Below the pieces are notes generated by a model. The model saw only the letters and a program-made list of their open reading frames with translations, ran no database searches and was not told where the DNA came from. Of a DNA stretch of 64,000 nucleotides, positions 53,410-64,000 are shown piece by piece; position 1 is the stretch's first letter, and the number at the start of each line of letters is the position of its first letter. This DNA comes from Octopus vulgaris (taxonomy: Eukaryota): positions 21,886,001 through 21,950,000 of the forward strand of contig OX597815.1 of NCBI GenBank assembly GCA_951406725.2, in the 5' to 3' direction. Position numbers and translations under genes: made by a program.

Positions 53410-53463
53410 AATACATTATAGCATGCGTATATTTCTACATCTGTATATATATGCTTGTTTAAC

Positions 53464-53843
53464 TGTATGTATGTATGTATGTATGTATGTATGTATGTGT
53501 GTGTGTATGTGTGTGTCTGTATGTGTGCATGTATGTATGTATGCTATGTATGTATGTATGTATGTATGTATGTATGTATGTATGTATGTATGTATGTATG
53601 TATGTATGTATGTGTGTATGTATGTATGTATGTATGCATGTATGTATGTATGTATGTATGTATGTATGTATGAATGCATGTATGTATATATGTGCACAGC
53701 TTCTCCTCACTTAAAAAAAATCTTGCACAAGCATTGCACGATAACAACATTGATTAAGCTTCGTGCAATGGCTATACTCGATAACGAGGGGGCAGCCACC
53801 ATGTATGTATGTATGCATGTATATATGTATGCATTTATGTATG

Positions 53844-53875
<32 letters not shown>

Positions 53876-53911
53876 AATGTATGTATGTATGTATGTATGT
53901 ATGTATGTATG

Positions 53912-53945
<34 letters not shown>

Positions 53946-54090
53946 TGTATGTATATATGTATGCGTGTATATATGTATGTATGCATTTATGTATGTATGT
54001 ATGTATGTATGTATGTATGTATGTATGTATGTATGTATGTATGTATGTATGTATGTATGTATGTATGTATGTATGTATGTACGTATGTAT
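53464..54090. repeat. (TATG)n arrays with a ~100-bp unique island
   Basis: Direct inspection. The island is 53697-53800. Confidence 0.92.
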
Positions 54091-54489
54091 GTCTAGTTAT
54101 CTGTATGTCCATATGTGTGTGTATATATACGTATGTGCGTATGTGTGTGTTTGTGTATGTGTCGGTGAGTGAGAGAGAGAGAGAGAGAGTATGTATGCGT
54201 AAAAACTGATATACAATAGAGTTAGAGAAACAAATAAATTTACACACTTCATCGTTTGTTTAAGTAGTACCCTATTAATTTCAGACACTAGAAGCAAGAA
54301 GGGGAGCACCCTCGTCTATTTATGAACCTTCTTACTATTTTATAGAGTACCGCGTTTTAGGAATAATAATTTTTGTTGGCTAAAAAAAAAAGAGATTAAA
54401 TTTTATTGATTTTTCTGAATCCCTAACTCTTCCTTCGTTGGCTCTTTTCCTGCACTGTATAATGCGTATGTCAATAATAACAACAGCAC

Positions 54490-54510
54490 TGTTGTTGTTG
54501 TTGTTGTTGC

Positions 54511-54584
<74 letters not shown>

Positions 54585-54608
54585 GTGTTATTATTATTAT
54601 TATTGTTA

Positions 54609-54655
<47 letters not shown>

Positions 54656-54815
54656 GTTATTATTATTATTATTGTCATTATTATTATTGTTATTATTATT
54701 GTCATTATTATTGTTATTATTATTGTTGTTGTTATTATTATTGTTGTTGTTGCTATTATTATTATTATTTTTATCATCATCATCATCATCATCATCATTA
54801 TTATTATTATCATCA

Positions 54816-54859
<44 letters not shown>

Positions 54860-54972
54860 GTTGTTGTTGTTGTTGTTGTTGTTATTATTATTATTATTAT
54901 TATTGTTATTATTATTATTATTATTATCATTTTATTTTATTATTATTGTTATTGTTATCATTATTATTATTA
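54490..54972. repeat. Compound (ATT/GTT/ATC)n trinucleotide tract
   Basis: Direct inspection. Confidence 0.95.
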
Positions 54973-55137
54973 GTTGTAGTTTAACAGTAGTAAACGATGA
55001 AGATGATGTTGAGGAAGATATGGGTGTTATGAGGGACAGCTAGATTAACAAGAGGAGCGATTTGCTAGAAAGCAAAACAAAGATACCATCAACAGGATGT
55101 GCCATCAGCATCATCGTCGTCATGATGCTGATGATCG

Positions 55138-55185
<48 letters not shown>

Positions 55186-55512
55186 ACAACAACGACACAG
55201 CAACAAAAATAATAATTTAATTCATTTTTATAAGAGCTTAAAAATAAACAAAAATTGAAAACATTTATTTGATAGCAACAAAGTCCCTCTTTCTATTAAT
55301 GAACAAGCTAGGAAAAGAGCTTGTCTATGGCCACTCGACCTACTAGAAAAAGCAGCCAATATTTCTCTTAGGAAGGGACACACGCACTGGGATTGGGAAA
55401 TAACGACGGGGGATAGTCGTGGCTTGAACATCATTAGTAATAGGTCTGTTCAGTCAGGGTTGACCTGGAGCTTGGCAACAAGACGTATCATCGAATTGCG
55501 GTACTGTTATAC

Positions 55513-56112
55513 CTATTTCTTTACTATCCACAAGGGGCTAAACATAGAGGGGATAAACAAGGACAGACAAAGGGATTAAGTCGATGACATCGACCCCAGT
55601 GCGTAACTGGTACTTATTTAATCAACCCCGAAAGGATGAAAGGCAAAGTCGACCTCGGTGGAATTTGAACTCAGAACGTAGCGGTAGACGAAATACCTAT
55701 TTCTTTACTACCCACAAGGGCTAAACACAGAGGGGACAAACAAGGACAGACAGACGGATTAAGTCGATTATATCTACCCCAGTGCGCAACTGGTACTTAA
55801 TTTATCGACCGCGAAAGGATGAAAGGCAAAGTCGACCTCGGCGAAATTTGAACTCAGAACATTAACGGCAGACGAAATACCTATTTCTTTATTACCCACA
55901 AGGGGCTAAACACAGAGGGGACAAACAAGGACAGACAGACGGATTAAGTCGATTATATCTACCCCAGTGCGCAACTGGTACTTAATTTATCGACCCCGAA
56001 AGGATGAAAGGCAAAGTCGACCTCGGCGAAATTTGAACTCAGAACATTAACGGCAGACGAAATACCGCTAAGCATTTCGCCGCCCGGCGCGCTAACGTCT
56101 CTGCCAGTTCGC
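55513..56112 (-). mobile_element. SINE family A, head + 3 units
   Basis: Junctions GACGAAATACC|TATTTC at about 55697 and 55881. Ends GAAATA-GGTAT on the minus strand. No clear TSD. Confidence 0.9.
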
Positions 56113-56464
56113 CCCACCATTACAAGATGATAGAGAAACAACAAGAGAAAGCAAAAGAAAAGAACAAAAAGAAGTGGTATAACAATAGAAAGCAGCCTGA
56201 TCAAAAATGATAAGAACGACAACTGTAGTAGCAGCAGCACATCAACTGCAACAACAGCAACAAGTACAGTTTTTTTTGAAAAAAAATATCTCGTTGTCGG
56301 GAGCCCAATGACAGGAGGTTGGCGAGCAGTTTTCAAGTGTTCTACTTGAGAGATAAGCAAGATTTTCTCTTTTGCTGTCTGTGCCAAGAAGTCAAACTGA
56401 AGAATCTTAAAGAAGATTTTTTCAATATACATACATACATACATACATACATACATACATACAC

Positions 56465-56534
<70 letters not shown>

Positions 56535-56667
56535 ACTCACGTACACACACATACACATATATATGTATGTATGTATGTATATATATAAATATATGTGTCC
56601 TTGTGTGTGTGTACACACAGACAGACACACACACACACACACACAGACTCACGTACACACACACACA

Positions 56668-56703
<36 letters not shown>

Positions 56704-57204
56704 TATATATATAAATATATGTGTGCTTATGTGTGTGTACACACAGACAGACAGACACACACACACACACACCTACAGACAGCAAAGAAATGAGACAAGA
56801 GTAGAATGTGAGCGAGAGAGAGAGAGAGAGAGAGAAAGGGAGAGGGGAATAGCGTGAGATTGAGAGTAAACCTATAAACAAAAAAATTATAAAAGAGCTT
56901 GTTAGTAAACTGCGGTTCCAATTCTTCTTGGACACTTAGCTTCTTGTATTTTCAGTTACTCGTAAATATATGTCAGTACAAAAACGTACCAAAGCCATGT
57001 GGTACTTATTTCATTATAAACGAATATGGCTTCAGGTTTGGTTGAGGTTTTAAGAAGTTTGTTTTGCAAACATGTGGGTCTGGATCCGTGTTATTCTTGG
57101 GGTCTTCTACCTCGTGATAACTAAAGTCAGTTTGATAAATGTCATACACGAAATTCTCGGCTCTGGGTCACTTTTGATACTATCAGACGATTAAAAAAAT
57201 AATA

Positions 57205-57345
57205 TTAGGTTGTCCCAAAAGTTCGTAAACACTTGCGAAAATTGAATTTTTACTCGCCAAGTACTAACAAAAACAACAAAAATTATTCCTCAAAATAAAG
57301 ACCATTATTTTCCAAGACTTTCTACGAACTTTTGGGACAACCTTA
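57205..57345. mobile_element. Mariner-type MITE (141 bp)
   Basis: 23-bp TIRs TTAGGTTGTCCCAAAAGTTCGTA (22/23), TA on both sides. Confidence 0.88.
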
Positions 57346-57727
57346 TAATAAGGAAGTATTACACACCATTTGGTTCTGGGTTCAGCCTCACTGTATGGTA
57401 CCTTGAGCAAGATCTAGACAAAGAAGATAGATATTTTATGGATACTTGATGGCATGTCCTACTTATCAATAAGAAAAAAATAATTAAAAATTGAGTAAGC
57501 CTCAGATGACTTGGATTTCAATATTACTTGAGCTCATATGAAGAGATTAAAAGAAAAGGGCAAAACCAAAATTAATCCCCATCCGTCGCCTCACTTCCTA
57601 TATTCATTCTAATTGAAATAGTCAAATTTCAAACACAGAATATTCCATTATAGAGAAATAGTTTTAGCGGACACTTTTATGGGTACGTGTCTGTGTATGT
57701 GTGTGTGTGTTTGTTTGTTTGTTTGTT

Positions 57728-57811
<84 letters not shown>

Positions 57812-57962
57812 ACCCTCACCACCGCTTGACAGCAGCTGTTGGTGAGTTTTCGTCCCCGTCACTTAGCGGCTCGGCGAAAATGACCCAATAGAATAAGTAC
57901 CAGTCTTAACAAAAGAAAAATAGATATTGGGGTCTATCTATCTATCTGGCCAATAAAGAAAG

Positions 57963-58046
<84 letters not shown>

Positions 58047-58392
58047 GTATGTATGTATGTATGTATGTATGTATGTATGTATGTATCTATCTATCTATAT
58101 AAAAGCAATGATATACGCATACACACATATATACATACACACATATATTCACACATACATACATACATACATACGTACGTACATACATACATACATACAT
58201 ACACACACACATAAACACACAAACACACATGCCCTTATGTATATATAGATGCTGCTATGAGTGTGTTGCTAAGAAGTTTGATTCACAGCGACGTGGTCTC
58301 GTGTTGGGTCCTACTGCGTAGTATCTGGACAAATTTCTTGTATAGCCACGGGCAGACCGGAAATTAAGAGACGGAAGCCCATCATGGATATA

Positions 58393-58638
58393 CAGGGTTG
58401 GCCAAGAGCCACACGACAGTAAACCAGAATTCCATAAATACTTGATATTCCATTTATTTGTTCATTCTAATTATGAGTGTTTAATAATTGAATGCTATGA
58501 GTTAAAATCACAGACTTTAAAAAAACCAAAAAACATTTGTCTATTTACTAGCGAAGTCACATTTAAAATGATTTTTTCTTTTAAATCTTGGAGTTAAATG
58601 GTTTTGATTTACTGTCAGGTGACTTTTGGCCAACTCTG
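58393..58638. mobile_element. Tc1-type MITE (246 bp)
   Basis: TA|CAGGGTTGGCCAAGAGCCACACGACAGTAAA ... TTTACTGTCAGGTGACTTTTGGCCAACTCTG|TA. Confidence 0.85.
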
Positions 58639-58641
58639 TAT

Positions 58642-58918
58642 CATGGCTGTGGCCTAATGGTTGGAATCTTGCATTTACGGTTGCTAGCTCGTGGGTTCGA
58701 TACTCAGACCAAGCAGGAGTTGTGTTCTTGAGCAAAACACTTTATTTCACGTTGCTCCAGTTCACTCGACAGTAAATAGGTAACCTAGGTAATCATGGCT
58801 TCTTCGCCAAGCCACGGAGCGGCATCATTCGAAAGATAAAACGATGCAAAATGCATTGTAACCAGCGATGTCTGCAATGCACATTGTAACCGACAGTCTG
58901 GTCGATCATGCGGTCATG
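58642..58918 (+). mobile_element. Family-C-like tRNA SINE (degenerate)
   Basis: TGGCCTAATGG box A, GGTTCGATACT box B, GTGTTCTTGAGCAAAACACTTTATTTCACG core. Confidence 0.7.
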
Positions 58919-59043
<125 letters not shown>

Positions 59044-59356
59044 CACGCACATATATATGTTTATGTACATGCAATATGAACGGATTCAACAAGAACCCTT
59101 AATGCCAATGATATAGTTAGTGATATTATGGATTATTTCAACTCAATAAATAGGATCTCAAATCTTACATTTTATGTCACCATGACACCATATGACTGCC
59201 TCATTGATATACCTCACATTTAGAAGCTCACAAGTTAGCAGGGTTATTTTCTTGCGTTATATCGATATGTATAGACATGCACTCATACATACATACATAC
59301 ATACATACATACATACATACATACATACATACACACATACACACATATACATACAT

Positions 59357-59399
<43 letters not shown>

Positions 59400-60127
59400 C
59401 ATATATATATATATATACACACACACAAATATATATATATGTATTTATGTATGTGTGTGTGTGTGTGTACGTGCACAGAGTCAGGAATGTATGTATGCGC
59501 GCATGAGTAATTGTGTGTGTGTATTTGTAATCATATAGAATATTTATCCCTTATTTGCCCCATTGCTTCAGTTTAATCTCGTTAAGCCTTCGAAATTCTA
59601 AAGTTTTCTATCCTTCTTTATTGGTTTTTATTCATTGTCCTAATTGAATTCATTTTCATTGCGATAAATTTGTATACATTCAATGGTTTAAAAATGATGG
59701 AAAATAATTGCATTTTAAAAGCGTGCGAATATTGACGTACAAATCAAAAACAAAATTCCGTGCTCCTAATAAGCATGAAATATCTGCAGCTTTTTTCAAT
59801 TGGCTGTAATGTTAGGCAGAGTTTGGATTATAAGAATCATTTCTTTATTGGATTATGATAATCTGGAACCCATTTTAGTTTAGATTTAAATATTTGGACC
59901 CTAGACGTCGTCTAGAAACTAAACAACGCAGAACACTGTAATAATATCTCTGATGCTTAAATGCTACCAAACTGTATTTGAGTTTTCAATCCCCGCTTCT
60001 CTTACAATAATGCTTGACTAATTTTCATAGTATTTCTAAGTGTCAGGTATATACCTGTAATTATTGGGGCCCTGTGATATTTTCGGATTTGAAAAAAATA
60101 AGCGAACAAAACGATTTTATTTTGTGA

Positions 60128-60500
60128 CTAGCAGTATCGCCCGGCGTTGCTCGGGTTTGTAAGGGAAATAACTATAAAGCATTTTTAGAGAGTTATGCCA
60201 AAAAAATGGAAAAAAAATTATGGTAAATTTTTTTTTGAGAGTTAAAACGGTCGAGTTGCGTCCCCTAGACAGTCTGTGGTTTGTGTTTCAGATTCTCGAC
60301 CCCATGTCGAATTTATCGATTTTTTCAGAACTGGGGGAACTTTTCAAAATTTTCTCTGCGTTAGTTTTGAATTATGACATTGGGCTATGTGTGTGTTAAG
60401 TTTCATCAGAATCGGTTGAAAGCCGTGGTCAGGGTGAGGGTACAAGCTAACAGACACACAGAAACGCACACAGACAAACTGCCGTTTATATATAGAGAGA
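60128..60500 (-). mobile_element. Non-autonomous Helitron (second copy)
   Basis: Minus strand A|TC ... CCCGAGCAACGCCGGG ... CTAG|T. Colinear with 753-1127. Confidence 0.88.
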
Positions 60501-60908
60501 TACTTATTAATTTTCTAGCAAGTAACACATCTTTATGCAATAATTCTTCTGAAGATGTCGCATCTGTTCCGTTAGTTTTGTCTTAATACATGCAAAAAAT
60601 AAAATCTGAAATGCCTTTATGACGATACAATTAACCTCAAAACTAGATTTAAGAATCAAATAAGGTCGTCATAAAGAAAGAAGGGAAAGTTTGAATTAAG
60701 TTGTGATGTTAATTCGTTTCCGGGTGAAGACTTTTATTTTATTTAGCCTTTAAGAAACCTAGATGCCTTTGAAAACCAACCGTTAAAATTAAGTAAGTTC
60801 TATGTATGTATGTATGTATGTATGTATGTATGTATGTATGTATGTATGTATGTATGTATGTATGTGTGTGTGTATGTATTATGTATGTATGTATGTATGT
60901 ATGTATGT

Positions 60909-61503
60909 CATTATTCAGTTTATTTAAACAGTTCTTGCGAATAAAGAAAGAACCGGTTTCTAACCTAGATCCAAGGCTCCTCCATTGGAATTTCAACATC
61001 AACAACAGGGTATTTTTGTTTGTATGTATATATGTATGTATGTGCAGATTTGTATGTTTTATGTATGTATTCGTATGCATATAGTTTTATGTATGTATTC
61101 GTATGCATATGTTTTATGTATGTATTCGTATGCATATATACATGCTTATATATATATATTCAAATCATAAACTTCTGGAAAGTTTTACAGAATTTTACAG
61201 TTCCACTGATAGATTGGATCTGTTGTCTTCGAATTAGCTTTCTCCTTTCTGGTTTTGAGAAGCCTAATTTCTCAATATTGGTATTTAGGCGTGTGTGTTA
61301 CATATCTCAGGGCCCCAGTAATTATAGGTATAAGCTTAGTACTTATGATCTGTATAGAGTAACTGCAGATTTCTCAATAGTTCTGCATTGGTTTTCTCTT
61401 TTTCACCGATCTTCAGCTTATGTTAACATTCGCAGGGCAGCTAATTTCCACAATTGTGCGCAGTTTCTCTTCTCTACCCCAAATCATTATATCAGGTCTG
61501 TTG
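60909..61503 (-). mobile_element. 5'-truncated R4-like LINE (RLE domain + 3' UTR) in (TACA)n
   Basis: Minus strand NRPDIMIW..IVEISCPANVNI..EKEK..LLRNLQLLY..IPIITGAL..SISGTVKFCKTF, stop at 61160, with frameshifts. (TATG)n on both flanks. Confidence 0.82.
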
Positions 61504-62167
61504 CATGTATGTGTGCATGTATGCATTATGCATGTATGTATGGGTGTATGTATGTATGTATGTATGTATGTATGTATGTATGTATGTATGTATGTATGTG
61601 TGTATGCATGTATGTAGGGTCCAAATGTATGTATCTGGGGTCCAAATGTATGTATGTATGTATGTTCGTATGTATGTATGTATGTGTGTATGTATATATA
61701 TATGTAAGCATGTGTGTGTGTATGTGTGTGTGTGTGTGTGTGTGTTTGTGTGGCGTGGAGTACGTAGATCTGTATTTTGCGGCAAGAGATAAGTTCCTAT
61801 CAAGTGATGATTCACACAGCTGATAACCTTAGAAAACCCATAAATGTCAAAATTCAATTTTCTTTTGCTCTAAACTTTTGAATATTTTATCGATTACGGT
61901 AAAAATTAACACTGACTCCTGTGGGTGTGCTTTAAATATAGAATAATGATATTTTGTATTCGAAGTAGGTCAGAAAACTTTAGCAATGGAATTTGTCAGT
62001 AAATTTGGACATGCCTGATATTTATTATATAAATACGGGGACATGAAAGGTAGAAATGCTTGCAGTATAAAATGTATTCTAATCTCCCAGAATATATATA
62101 AAATAATAAAAAGATAACAAAAGCAGCTAGTTTTAAAATCTCTGTAAGAGTTGTGCGCAGTAACTGT

Positions 62168-62685
62168 ACTGGCAAGTTGTGTTGTCGCCTCTTCAACATG
62201 GCTGTTCCATACGAACGGCGGTTACTGCGATTTTTAACCCCAAGAAGACATTTCCTCTAGTTGGTTAACGATTAATCTGCATCCGATATAGTGCGAGCTG
62301 GGGAGCGAACACCTTCTAGCGATAGGACCAGCAGACCAGCCTGCTTTCGGGCTATATATGCTCTTCTTCAGTGCTGGACACATTATCTGCTGGAGATGGC
62401 AGTAGTTCGCTTCTGTTCGTAATGTATAGAAATTCAAACGAAATTCAGTCGCTGATCATGCAACAAGCAAAGTAGCTAGTTGTAAAATAGCCCGAAAGCA
62501 GGCTGGTCTGCTGGTCCTGTCGCTAGAAGGTGGTAGGATTTCTCTCCCCTACTCGCAATATATCGGTTGCAGGCTGCATTGTTAACCAGCTAGAGGAAAT
62601 GTTTTTTTGGGATTTTAAAAATCATAGCAACGTCCTTTCGTACAGAACAGCGATGTTGAAGTGGCGACAAACATTACTTGCCAAT
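62168..62685. repeat. Long inverted repeat, ~190-bp arms, ~130-bp spacer
   Basis: 62168-62355 versus 62487-62685. Innermost 45 bp are 44/45 complementary. Confidence 0.88.
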
Positions 62686-63680
62686 AAAGAGTTAGTAAAA
62701 CGAAAATTATTAAAACTTAACTAAAAATATTTAGACTACAATATTACATATCATTCTCTTTGATGCAGTGTAACCACACACATATACGCGCACGGGCACA
62801 CACATGTATGTGTGTATATTTGTGTGTGTATGTGTGTATGTGTGCGTGCGTGCATATAGAGGGTGGAGAACGAAAACTGTAAAACAAGATAGGATAGTTT
62901 CACAATCAATATCACTAGCTTGACATTCAGGGAAATGGAAAGAGTTAATTGCCATAACGTTTTGGACGTTGTCCTTCCTCAGACAGCGGAAAGAGAGGAG
63001 AAACTGGTAAAAGAAATAAATAAATAAAAATAAAAACAATAAAATGTGAAATCCAAGTGAAAAACCTCAAGCTAGCCGTTGATTGACCGGAAGTTGGATG
63101 GAGGTGAATTGAAATGTTTTACGACTTAAGAGCGAATGTAAGGACAGGCGTGCTGTGTTCTGTGTGTGTGTGTTTGTGTGTGAGTGTGTGTGTGTTTGTG
63201 TGTGTGCGTGTGTGTGTGTGTTAGCATGCATGAATGTATGTGCGATGTAGTAAACTATTTTCTGTGTGCGTGGTTCCTTGGGTGTTTGTTTTTGGTTGTG
63301 TATGCAATTGTGTCTGTGCGTGTGTATGTTTATACATGCCTGTATGTGTATGTGTGTACAGTTGCAGAAATATCTGTCATATTCTGTTGTGAGTTTGTGT
63401 GTTCATGTACACGTTGGTCATTAATTGACTGGAAGTTGACTGGTTGGCTAATGGGATTCTTGGACATATAAGAGCAAGGGGGTACATGTGACTGTTTATG
63501 TGTTAGTGCATGTGTGTGCATATGTGTCGTGTTAGTGTGTGTATGTGCGTGTCTATATGTGTGTGAGAGGGATGTAGAAAGCAATTATTCAGGGTGCGCG
63601 CGTAGCCATCTTTGTGTCATGCACTAATGTGTTTGTGTGTGGGAGGCTGCGTATGTTTGTGTATATCTTTTATATGTAAA

Positions 63681-63911
63681 GGCGGCGAGCTTGCAGAGAC
63701 GTTAGCACGCCGGGCGAAATGCGTAGCCGTATTTCGTCTGTTGTTACGTTCCGAGTTCAAATTCCGCTGAGGTCGACTTTGCCTTTCATCCTTTCGGGGT
63801 CGATAAATTAAGTACCAGTTACGCACTGGGGTCGATGTAATCGACTTAATCCGTTTGTCTGCCCTTGTTTGTCCCCTCTGTGTTTAGCCCCTTGTGGGTA
63901 GTAAAGAAATA
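63681..63911 (+). mobile_element. SINE family A monomer
   Basis: Full copy with duplication TATATGTA. Confidence 0.92.
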
Positions 63912-64000
63912 TATATGTACAGGTTTGTGTGCGTTTTTGTGTATGTATGAACGCAGAAGTGTCTCTGTCATACTGTAATACGAATATATGTGTGGCGTGT

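Overview
AT-rich eukaryotic genomic DNA, very probably from an octopus or other coleoid cephalopod (inferred from the SINE families and microsatellite density, not proven). No intact protein-coding gene is supportable. Almost all listed ORFs are translations of (TA)n, (CA)n, (TACA)n, (AAT)n or (GA)n tracts, or of SINEs. The window is a transposon graveyard. It holds at least four tRNA-derived SINE families, three R4/Dong-type LINE fragments, RTE and Penelope (GIY-YIG) remnants, a full-length decayed mariner, a Tc1 remnant, TA-flanked MITEs, two non-autonomous Helitrons, a Helentron/HINE-like element and three long fold-back inverted repeats. Main observations: (1) One SINE family integrates as head+[unit]n concatemers with a fixed palindromic junction inside a single target-site duplication. 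(2) A tRNA-headed SINE has a minimal hammerhead ribozyme in its tail, and its internal (AAT)n was hit by a Dong/R4 LINE. (3) Several minimal hammerhead motifs sit in microsatellites. (4) An R4-like LINE apparently targets (TACA)n. (5) A candidate partner-LINE 3' end shares the concatemer SINE's tail. A few isolated splice-consensus exons suggest the region may be intronic, but this is weak.
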